A stretch of 32,000 nt of DNA from contig JACKCC010000021.1 in NCBI GenBank assembly GCA_020634245.1, positions 46,932 to 78,931 on the forward strand, in the 5' to 3' direction. Below are positions 25,127-32,000 of this stretch, in pieces. Position numbers and translations under genes: made by a program. Below the pieces are notes generated by a model. The model did no database searches. It saw nothing but the letters and a program-made list of their open reading frames with translations, and was not told the DNA's origin. This DNA is from Ardenticatenaceae bacterium (GTDB taxonomy: Bacteria; Chloroflexota; Anaerolineae; Promineifilales; Promineifilaceae). Each line of letters begins with the position of its first letter. Position 1 is the first letter of the stretch.

Positions 25127-25780
25127 ATGGATAATGAAATGGAAGAAATGGACCTGATGCATTTGGATGATAATGATCCATTTGCAGAAAAAGAAAAACC
25201 CCAAAAAGAAGCGTCATCAGCCCCGAAAGAGAAAAAAGACGTCTCTATTCCTGATGACGGCCGTGCTTGGTACGTGGTTCATTGTTATTCCGGTTACGAA
25301 AATAAAGTCCGTCACAGTATCGAGCAGCGCATTGAAACAATGGGCATGCAAGATAAAATCTTTGATGTTGTCGTTCCCACCGAAGAAGAAATTGAGATCA
25401 AAGATGGCAAACGTCGAACAGTTGAACGGCGCGTGTTTCCAGGTTACATCTTGGTGCAGCTGGTATTGAGTGAAGATTCCTGGTACGTCGTCCGGAACAC
25501 ACCGGGTGTTACCGGGTTCGTGGGTATGGGCAATGAACCTACACCTCTTCGTGCTGATGAAGTTGCCAAAATAATGAACCGTATGGAAGCGGAAGCGCCT
25601 AAAGTCAAATTTGACTTTCAGCTTGGCGAGAAAGTACGTATTGGTACTGGCCCATTCGCTGATTTTATTGGTACTGTTTCCGAAATCGATGCTGAAAAAG
25701 CGAAAGTTCGTGTCATGGTTTCCTTCTTTGGACGCGAAACCCCTGTTGAATTAGATTTCTTGCACGTCGAAAAAGTGTAA
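25127..25780 (+). CDS. nusG: Transcription termination/antitermination factor NusG (with ~47-aa acidic/Lys-rich N-terminal extension)
   Basis: WYVVHCYSGYENKV, FPGYILVQ, VRNTPGVTGFVG and the KOW region GEKVRIGTGPFADFIGTV. Confidence 0.92.
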   Translation: MDNEMEEMDLMHLDDNDPFAEKEKPQKEASSAPKEKKDVSIPDDGRAWYVVHCYSGYENKVRHSIEQRIETMGMQDKIFDVVVPTEEEIEIKDGKRRTVERRVFPGYILVQLVLSEDSWYVVRNTPGVTGFVGMGNEPTPLRADEVAKIMNRMEAEAPKVKFDFQLGEKVRIGTGPFADFIGTVSEIDAEKAKVRVMVSFFGRETPVELDFLHVEKV

Positions 25781-25899
25781 TCATCAAGGTAGAAAGAGGA
25801 AAGGAGAAGAAAATTTCATCCTGATCCTACTTCTTTGTGTCTTTAAACTTTGATTAGGAGGAGCCTGTAACCCAGGCGTTTGGACTCCAGGAGAGAATA

Positions 25900-26325
25900 A
25901 TGGCGAAAAAAGTAAAAGCAGTAGTAAAAATTCAAATTCAAGGCGGAAAGGCTAATCCGGCTCCCCCGGTTGGTACCGCCCTTGGTCCTCATGGTATTAA
26001 CTTGATGCAATTTTGCAAAGAGTACAATGCTAAAACATCCAGCCAGGTCGGACAGGTTGTTCCAGTAGAAGTAACCGTTTTCCAGGATGGTAGTTTTTCA
26101 TTCATCTTGAAAACCCCTCCGGCAGCAGATTTATTGAAAAAAGCGGCCAATATCAAAACCGGTTCTTCTGAATCAAATCGAGTCAAGGTCGGCAGCGTTA
26201 CTCAGGCACAGCTTAGAGAAATTGCCGAAATCAAAATGAAAGATTTGAATGCGGTAGATGTTGATGGGGCGATGAAAATTATTGCCGGTACGGCCCGTAG
26301 TATGGGGTTAACCATTTCCGATTAA
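25900..26325 (+). CDS. rplK: 50S ribosomal protein L11
   Basis: 141 aa. [43 protein letters not shown] is diagnostic. Confidence 0.95.
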   Translation: MAKKVKAVVKIQIQGGKANPAPPVGTALGPHGINLMQFCKEYNAKTSSQVGQVVPVEVTVFQDGSFSFILKTPPAADLLKKAANIKTGSSESNRVKVGSVTQAQLREIAEIKMKDLNAVDVDGAMKIIAGTARSMGLTISD

Positions 26326-26387
26326 GAAACATTCAATAGAGTGGGAGGATGTTAGAAATACATCCGTTTGCACCACGAGGAGAAAAC

Positions 26388-27089
26388 ATGCCTAAAAGAG
26401 GACGTAAATATCAAGAAGCTGCGGCTAAAGTTAACCGCGATAAATTATATACACGTGCTGAAGCTGTAAAACTGGTCAAAGAGACAGTTTATACGAAGTT
26501 TGACCCTACCGTTGAAGTACACTTTCGTTTAGGTGTTGATCCGCGCCATGCCGATCAACAGGTGCGCGATGTGGTAAATTTACCACATGGACTGGGTAAA
26601 ACAGTGCGTGTTTTGGTTTTTGCTGAAGGTGAAGATGCTACGTTGGCTCAAGATGCAGGTGCTGACATTATTGCTGATGATGAAGTGATTAAGCAGATTC
26701 AGGCAGGCTGGACAGAATTTGATGTGGCCATTGCCGTTCCTTCTATGATGGGTAAAGTTGGTCGTTTGGGCCGTGTTCTGGGTCCGCGTGGTTTGATGCC
26801 CAACCCTCGCGCCGGCACGGTTGCCCCCGGAAGTGATTTGCCTCGATTAATTGAGGAAGCAAAAGCGGGTCGTGTTGAGTTCCGTGTGGACAAGACTTCG
26901 AACGTTCACGCGCCGATTGGCAAGGCCAGCTTTTCTGAGCAACAACTGCTGGATAATCTACAAACGGTGATTGAAGCCATTAAACGTGCCCGTCCGGCAT
27001 CTGCTAAAGGTACGTATGTACGCCGTGTTGTTTTAGCTAATACGATGGGGCCTGGGATTCGCCTTGACCCAACAGAGGCAATATCGTAA
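26388..27089 (+). CDS. rplA: 50S ribosomal protein L1
   Basis: The ATG at 26388 (MPKRGRKYQEA) lies 5 nt after GAGGAG. FDPTVEVHFRLGVDPRHADQQVRD, GKVGRLGRVLGPRGLMPNP and FRVDK. The track start 26349 adds 13 unsupported codons. Confidence 0.95.
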   Translation: MPKRGRKYQEAAAKVNRDKLYTRAEAVKLVKETVYTKFDPTVEVHFRLGVDPRHADQQVRDVVNLPHGLGKTVRVLVFAEGEDATLAQDAGADIIADDEVIKQIQAGWTEFDVAIAVPSMMGKVGRLGRVLGPRGLMPNPRAGTVAPGSDLPRLIEEAKAGRVEFRVDKTSNVHAPIGKASFSEQQLLDNLQTVIEAIKRARPASAKGTYVRRVVLANTMGPGIRLDPTEAIS

Positions 27090-27404
27090 ACTATTGTGTC
27101 TGTGTGGATTAATAATCCCAAAAATTTTTAACAACAAAACAATAAAATTCTCTACTTAAGACCGTTGGTGTTGGTCGGGAAAAGATTCCAGATCAACTTA
27201 AATATTGCCAGCCGAGGTGGGGGTTCACTGTAAATTAATTGTTTCTAAATGGGCATTTTTTAATGATGTTCCTGCTTTAGAAATTATGAATCCTCATGCT
27301 GGTTGGTATGAGGATTTTTTATTTTGAAGCAACCATCAGCTCTCATCATGTTAATGATGGAGCATGATTTTGATAAATTATCACTGTTAAGGAGGTGATA
27401 CGCT
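27090..27404 (+). promoter_or_regulatory. Long structured rplJ-rplL leader (candidate L10/L12-responsive attenuator region)
   Basis: 315-nt untranslated gap in the position where L10-leader autoregulatory RNAs occur in many bacteria. It contains an intrinsic terminator (27289-27326), a second hairpin CTC-t-CATCAT/ATGATG-GAG (~27341-27366) and the perfect palindrome TGATAAATTATCA (27371-27383) next to the SD. Confidence 0.5.
27289..27326 (+). terminator. Intrinsic terminator/attenuator hairpin inside the rplJ leader
   Basis: AATCCTCAT-gctggttggt-ATGAGGATT followed by TTTTTATTTT. Confidence 0.65.
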
Positions 27405-27941
27405 TTGGCTATTTCTAAGGCACGTAAAGATGAATTGGTCGCTCAATATGGTGAACTTATCGGGCAAAGTAAGGCAATTTTTATGGCCGATTACACCGGA
27501 ATGAGTGTGAAGAGCATGGAAGCTTTGCGTCATAAGGTCCGCGAGGCAGATGGTGCTTTTCATGTTACCAAAAAGACGCTGTTGAAATACGCTCTGGAAC
27601 AAGCGGACAGGCCGGTACCAGAGGAGTTGATGGATGGTCAGCTTGCGGCCGGTTTTGCTATGGACCAGGTACCGACTTTGGCAAAGGCATTGGTTGATTT
27701 CGCAAAAAGCGAAGAAAAACTAACGCTTAGGGGCGGTATTTATGGTAATAATGTCCTTTCATATGATCAGGTGAAGGCACTGGCTGAACTGCCGTCGTTG
27801 CCGGAACTGCGTTCACAGCTTCTTGGTTTGATAAATACCCCGGCTCAGAATATTGTTTCTGTTGTGGCGGGTGGTATTCGTCAGGTTATTAATGTAATTG
27901 ATGCATACGCTAAAAGTGAAGAGTCTGCGGAAGCGGCATAA
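27405..27941 (+). CDS. rplJ: 50S ribosomal protein L10
   Basis: 178 aa. The TTG start lies 5 nt after AAGGAGGTGAT. KDELVAQY...FMADYTGMSVKSMEALR is the L10 family pattern. Confidence 0.93.
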   Translation: MAISKARKDELVAQYGELIGQSKAIFMADYTGMSVKSMEALRHKVREADGAFHVTKKTLLKYALEQADRPVPEELMDGQLAAGFAMDQVPTLAKALVDFAKSEEKLTLRGGIYGNNVLSYDQVKALAELPSLPELRSQLLGLINTPAQNIVSVVAGGIRQVINVIDAYAKSEESAEAA

Positions 27942-28037
27942 GCGGCGTAGGCGTTGGTAAACAGATTGATTCAGTTGGGGATTTTCTCTAACAATAGAAA
28001 AGATTAGGAAATAATATAATCTTGGAGGATTATTAAG

Positions 28038-28421
28038 ATGGCCGATTTAGAAAAATTAGTGGAAGAACTGAGCAGCTTGAATTTGATGGAAGCTGCTGAA
28101 TTGACAAAAATGCTGGAAGAGAAGTGGGGTGTTAGCGCTGCTGCTCCGATGGCTATGGGTATGATGCCGATGGGCGGTATGCCTGGCGCGGCTGTAGAAG
28201 AAGTGGAAGAGCAGACTGAGTTTGACGTGGTCTTGAAGGATATTGGTCCGAAGAAGATTAACGTTATTAAGGAAGTTCGTGCTTTGACTGGTCTGGGTCT
28301 GAAGGAAGCGAAGGAAGTTGTGGATGGCTTGGGTACAGTGATGGAAGCAGTTGGCAAGGAAGCTGCCCAAGAAGCGAAAGCCAAGCTGGAAGAAGCCGGC
28401 GCTGTTGTCGAAGTCAAATAA
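28038..28421 (+). CDS. rplL: 50S ribosomal protein L7/L12
   Basis: 127 aa. An Ala/Met-rich hinge, [24 protein letters not shown] and a C-terminal [10 protein letters not shown]. Confidence 0.95.
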   Translation: MADLEKLVEELSSLNLMEAAELTKMLEEKWGVSAAAPMAMGMMPMGGMPGAAVEEVEEQTEFDVVLKDIGPKKINVIKEVRALTGLGLKEAKEVVDGLGTVMEAVGKEAAQEAKAKLEEAGAVVEVK

Positions 28422-28461
28422 CGATTTTCTTAATCGTTTGCAGTATGGTTGCTGTGAAAAG

Positions 28462-28497
28462 GGCTGGTTCCAAAGGGAACTGGCCTTTTTTGCTTTT
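28462..28497 (+). terminator. Rho-independent terminator after rplL
   Basis: GGCTGGTTCC-aaag-GGAACTGGCC (10-bp stem with two G-U pairs) followed by TTTTTTGCTTTT. Confidence 0.7.
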
Positions 28498-28529
28498 ACG
28501 GCTTTTTTTTATTGAAGGTAGGGTTTGTT

Positions 28530-29201
28530 ATGGTTGAATTGGTTTTGGCTTCTCAGTCGCCAAGGCGGCGTGAGTTGATTACGCTGTTAGGTTATCCTGT
28601 TCGGGCGGTGAGTGCTGATGTGGATGAAAGTTTGGTAGATGAGCCTGATCCGGCGGTTAATGTGGTGGGCACGGCGCGGTTGAAAGCTGTAAAAATCGCC
28701 AAACAGTGGCAGCGTTTGAATGTTGATGGTGGTGTGGTTGTTGTGGCGGCGGATACGACAGTGGCGTTGGGGGATGAGATGCTGGGCAAGCCGATCGATG
28801 CAGCAGATGCCCGGCGCATGTTACGATCTCTGAGGGGGCGCCCGCATAAAGTGCATACGGGGGTGGTTTTGATGGCGCTGGATTCGGGCCGTGAGGTGAG
28901 TGGTGTGAACACGGCCGTTGTCACCATGCGTGATTATTCTGATGCTGAAATTGAAGCCTATGTTGCTTCGGGGAACCCGATGGATAAAGCGGGCGCTTAT
29001 GCGATTCAACATCCCACATTTCGGCCGGTGGCCCGTTTGGATGGCTGTTTTACCGGGGTGATGGGCCTATCGGTGTGTCATTTGTTGCAGTTGTTTGCGC
29101 AGTTGGGTTTGGCGATGCAGGCGGATTTAACGGCCGTTGCCGCTGCCCACCAACATTTCTCTTGTCAATTGCTAGATGAAATAATCGGTCGTTCCCGTTA
29201 A
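28530..29201 (+). CDS. maf: Maf-family nucleoside triphosphate pyrophosphatase
   Basis: LVLASQSPRRRELI, AADTTVALGDEMLGKP, RGRPHKVHTGV and DKAGAYAIQ. I prefer the ATG at 28530 over the track TTG at 28512. Confidence 0.85.
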   Translation: MVELVLASQSPRRRELITLLGYPVRAVSADVDESLVDEPDPAVNVVGTARLKAVKIAKQWQRLNVDGGVVVVAADTTVALGDEMLGKPIDAADARRMLRSLRGRPHKVHTGVVLMALDSGREVSGVNTAVVTMRDYSDAEIEAYVASGNPMDKAGAYAIQHPTFRPVARLDGCFTGVMGLSVCHLLQLFAQLGLAMQADLTAVAAAHQHFSCQLLDEIIGRSR

Positions 29202-29390
29202 TATCAATTTTTCATCTCGTGCTTTGGTTAAAACCGTGTTAAAATGATTAACATAATGGCGAGTTCGTAGGTAAACCACAAAAAGATATTTGATCTGTCT
29301 TTGCGGTTTACTCAAGGAAAACGGGAGGGGCATTGTTTCTTTTATTAAAGAGCTTTTCCGTTTTACCTGATGCCTGTGTAAAGAAAAGGG

Positions 29391-30125
29391 ATGGTGATGA
29401 ACGAAAAACTTCAACAAGCAATTTTAGCAGCACGTAATGGACAAGAAACAGAAGCCCAAATGTTATTGACCCAAGTTCTCAAAGAAAACCCCGATGAAAC
29501 CCAGGCCTGGTTTTTACTTAGCACATTAGTCGATTCTGAATCGAAAAAAGCGGCTTATTTAGGCAAAGTGTTGACACTTGAACCTGAGCATCAAATGGCT
29601 CAAAAGATGCTGGCTCGTTTGCAAAGAAGGGAAACAGTTGAAACCGAAGTTGAAGTCGAGGAAATGATTTCTGATGCTGCTGTCGAAGAAGATGAAGCCC
29701 CGGCAGCGCCGGTAGTAGTTTCTCAGGACACATCTGATTTTTTGGCGCAGCAAAAAGGCGATACGCTGCCAGCCTGGTTGGTTGAAGAGGAGGGTTTGGA
29801 GGTAACTGAAGAAACGGCCGTGCCTGAGGTGACCGCAGAACAAGAAACTGCAACTGACTCTGACATGGTGATTCCTGATTGGCTGCAAGATGAAGTGCCT
29901 GAATCCTGGTCAAAAGAAGCGCCAGCCGAGGAAACAGAACTGGTCATTGACGATTTGCCCGTTGCAAAAACCAAGATTGCTCCACCATCTAAATCTAAAT
30001 CGGTTGCCGGTAAAGGTAAGCAAAAACAAAGATCATTTCTGACCGGAATTTTGTACGCGTTGATAGTTGTTGCCGTTTTTGTCGTTATCGCCATGATTTA
30101 TTTGGCATGGAATACTTTTTTCTAA
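29391..30125 (+). CDS. Hypothetical protein: N-terminal TPR-like helix pair, acidic low-complexity linker, C-terminal TM anchor
   Basis: The TPR-like segment is GQETEAQMLLTQVLKENPDETQAWFLLSTLV...AAYLGKVLTLEPEH. The linker is E/V/T-rich. The C-terminal segment is ILYALIVVAVFVVIAMIYLAW. Confidence 0.5.
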   Translation: MVMNEKLQQAILAARNGQETEAQMLLTQVLKENPDETQAWFLLSTLVDSESKKAAYLGKVLTLEPEHQMAQKMLARLQRRETVETEVEVEEMISDAAVEEDEAPAAPVVVSQDTSDFLAQQKGDTLPAWLVEEEGLEVTEETAVPEVTAEQETATDSDMVIPDWLQDEVPESWSKEAPAEETELVIDDLPVAKTKIAPPSKSKSVAGKGKQKQRSFLTGILYALIVVAVFVVIAMIYLAWNTFF

Positions 30126-30216
30126 ACTTTTCCGGTTGTCCTGCCAAGGTTGATCGGTACTAATTGGTAGTTGTACATGTCTTGCTCTAACGTCTGTTTG
30201 TGTATATAGTCTGCCT

Positions 30217-31140
30217 ATGGAAACCCACGAGCTTATCGAAGCTTCGCTACAAACTGATCAAGGCCGTATCCGTGACCATAATGAAGATTTTGTGACTTTT
30301 TGGGAGCCACATGATAAAGCTTCAGAAGCACAAAACGGGTGGCTTTATATTGTTGCTGATGGCGTGGGTGGGGCTGATGCTGGTGAAGTTGCCAGTCAGT
30401 ATGCTAGCGAGCGTGTGATTGAGCATTATCTCAATGATAATTTAGACCTGGGTTATGGTGAGCGTTTGTGGCGAGCGATGCAAGCTGCCAATACGGATTT
30501 ACGCCAGATGGTGGCAGAACGCGGCGATGACAGCCGGATGGCAACGACGATGGTTGCTCTTATTTTCCAGGGTTTGCAGGTTTTCATTGGTAATGTTGGA
30601 GATAGTCGGGGGTATCATTGGCGTAACGGCCGTATCCGGCAAATCACCAAAGACCAAAGCTTGGTTGCCAAATTGGTTGAAGAAGGTGCCATCACGGAAG
30701 AAGAAGCCTTCAACCATCCCCGCAAAAATGTCATTCTGTACAGCCTGGGCTCCGAAAAAGAACCTAAAATCGATATTTTTGAAGAAACAGCCGAACCAGG
30801 TGACATCTTCCTGCTGTGTTCCGACGGCTTGACCCGTCATGTACATGACGAAGAAATCCAGGAAGTATTGACCCATCAAGAACCACTTCGCGCCAGCCGC
30901 ATTCTCATCGATCTGGCTAACGAACGCGGCGGTGAAGATAACATTAGCGTAGCAGTTTTACGTTACGATCATCAGGCATCTGTTAAACTACCCCCGTCAC
31001 TGGTTGCTTTTTCTGAAAACGAAATTTTAACTGGAACATCCAAAAAAACGGCCCGGCGCCGGATGCTGTTTTACACGATCCTTCTTTCACTCGTGCAGAC
31101 AATCCTCATCATCCTAATTTGGGCACTACTTCAGGCCTGA
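30217..31140 (+). CDS. PP2C-family Ser/Thr protein phosphatase with C-terminal TM anchor
   Basis: TDQGRIRDHNEDF, YIVADGVGGADAGEVAS, GDSRGY, LCSDGL and GGEDNISVAVL. The C-terminal hydrophobic segment is MLFYTILLSLVQTILIILIWALL. Confidence 0.88.
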   Translation: METHELIEASLQTDQGRIRDHNEDFVTFWEPHDKASEAQNGWLYIVADGVGGADAGEVASQYASERVIEHYLNDNLDLGYGERLWRAMQAANTDLRQMVAERGDDSRMATTMVALIFQGLQVFIGNVGDSRGYHWRNGRIRQITKDQSLVAKLVEEGAITEEEAFNHPRKNVILYSLGSEKEPKIDIFEETAEPGDIFLLCSDGLTRHVHDEEIQEVLTHQEPLRASRILIDLANERGGEDNISVAVLRYDHQASVKLPPSLVAFSENEILTGTSKKTARRRMLFYTILLSLVQTILIILIWALLQA

Positions 31141-31168
31141 TGGGGTTCCGGTACATTACGGAGGCAAC

Positions 31169-32000
31169 ATGAATAGCAAATTACGAATCACCCCCCTGGG
31201 TGGCTTGGGCGAGATCGGCAAAAACATGACCGTCTTTGAATACGAAGACGAAATTATCATCGTTGATGCCGGGGTGATGTTCCCTGAAAATGACATGTTG
31301 GGGATCGATCTAATCATTCCCGATTACAATTATTTGATGGACAAAACCGATAAGGTAAAAGCCATCTTGATCACTCATGGTCATGAGGACCACATTGGGG
31401 CTTTGCCTCATTTGATGCGCCACATTGAAGCGCCCATTTATGCCACCCCTCTTACAGCCGGTTTGATTGATGTAAAAATGCGCCAGGCCAAACTGGCCAA
31501 TGATGTCGAGTTAATCATTTTTGAGGCCGACGATGTACTGCAAATCGGTCAATTCCAGGTGGAACCGTTCCATGTGGCCCACAGTATTCCCGATTGCGTA
31601 GGTTTTGGCATCACGACTCCGGTTGGACTGGTGGTGCATACCGGTGATTACAAATTTGATCACACGCCGACCGATAATTGGCCGCCTGATTTTGCCAAGC
31701 TGGCTGAATTTTCAGAGCGTGGTGTGCTGTGTTTGCTGGCCGACAGTACCAACGCCGACCGGCCTGGTTGGACGCCATCGGAAAAAGTGGTGGAAGAGGC
31801 GTTTGACAAGCTGTTTCGCGAGGCAAAGGGGCGGATCATTGTGGCTACGTTTGCCTCATTGATTTCGCGGATTCAACAGGTGGCGGATATGGCGCAGCGG
31901 TACGGCCGTAAACTGGCCATCACCGGTCGCTCTATGCGTGACAACACCAAAATCGCCCGCAAACTGGGCTATCTGGACGTCCCCGACGACCTGCTGATCG
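31169..32000 (+). CDS. rnj: Ribonuclease J, N-terminal 277 codons (continues off the right edge)
   Basis: Own translation from ATG 31169, which lies 5 nt after GGAGG. LRITPLGGLGEIGKNMTVFEY, the metallo-beta-lactamase motif ITHGHEDHIGALP, HSIPD and VHTGDYKFDHTP. It is not in the ORF track because it is truncated. Confidence 0.9.
   Translation, partial: MNSKLRITPLGGLGEIGKNMTVFEYEDEIIIVDAGVMFPENDMLGIDLIIPDYNYLMDKTDKVKAILITHGHEDHIGALPHLMRHIEAPIYATPLTAGLIDVKMRQAKLANDVELIIFEADDVLQIGQFQVEPFHVAHSIPDCVGFGITTPVGLVVHTGDYKFDHTPTDNWPPDFAKLAEFSERGVLCLLADSTNADRPGWTPSEKVVEEAFDKLFREAKGRIIVATFASLISRIQQVADMAQRYGRKLAITGRSMRDNTKIARKLGYLDVPDDLLI

Noticed and set aside
29172-29417. 81-aa minus-strand ORF in the maf-TPR intergenic region, and an imperfect hairpin GTAAACCACAAA...TTTGCGGTTTAC at 29271..29311.
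   Set aside because: The ORF is AT-rich with no SD and no motif, and it overlaps the start of the plus-strand gene. The hairpin has a mismatch and a 17-nt loop and no supporting context, so it is too weak to call as an RNA element.

Overview
Densely coding chromosomal window, roughly 50-55% GC by eye, with no transposase, integrase, CRISPR array or obvious defence genes. Gene content suggests a Chloroflexota-like or other Terrabacteria genome, but I cannot verify this.

Gene order:
- Left part, mostly minus strand: lon (partial), AlkD-like DNA alkylation repair protein, GerW/YtfJ-like protein, an LTD+EEP extracellular nuclease, dinB, a PucC/BCD-type MFS protein, DUF2332, a thiolase, a P-loop kinase-MFS-small protein operon, ilvE, mgsA and a large multi-GAF histidine kinase.
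- Right part, plus strand: lgt, a C-N hydrolase, era and a Tat-signal protein. Then comes the conserved block tRNA-Thr/Tyr/Thr-tuf-rpmG-tRNA-Trp-secE-nusG-rplK-rplA-rplJ-rplL, followed by maf, a TPR protein, a PP2C phosphatase and RNase J (partial).

The most unusual signals are not genes:
1. The 8-bp palindrome ACGGCCGT occurs 50 times by my manual scan, where about 0.5 is expected by chance. Almost all copies are inside coding sequence, in a skewed set of reading frames, with a longer degenerate palindromic halo. The motif is nearly absent from the tRNA/tuf/ribosomal-protein block. This looks like a HIP1-type highly iterated palindrome with a different core.
2. Four intercistronic gaps each hold the same odd architecture. 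It is a tandem array of a pentamer at 7-8 nt period followed by the inverted array of its complement. The pentamer differs in every gap.

I corrected several ORF-track starts using ATGA stop/start overlaps and Shine-Dalgarno positions.
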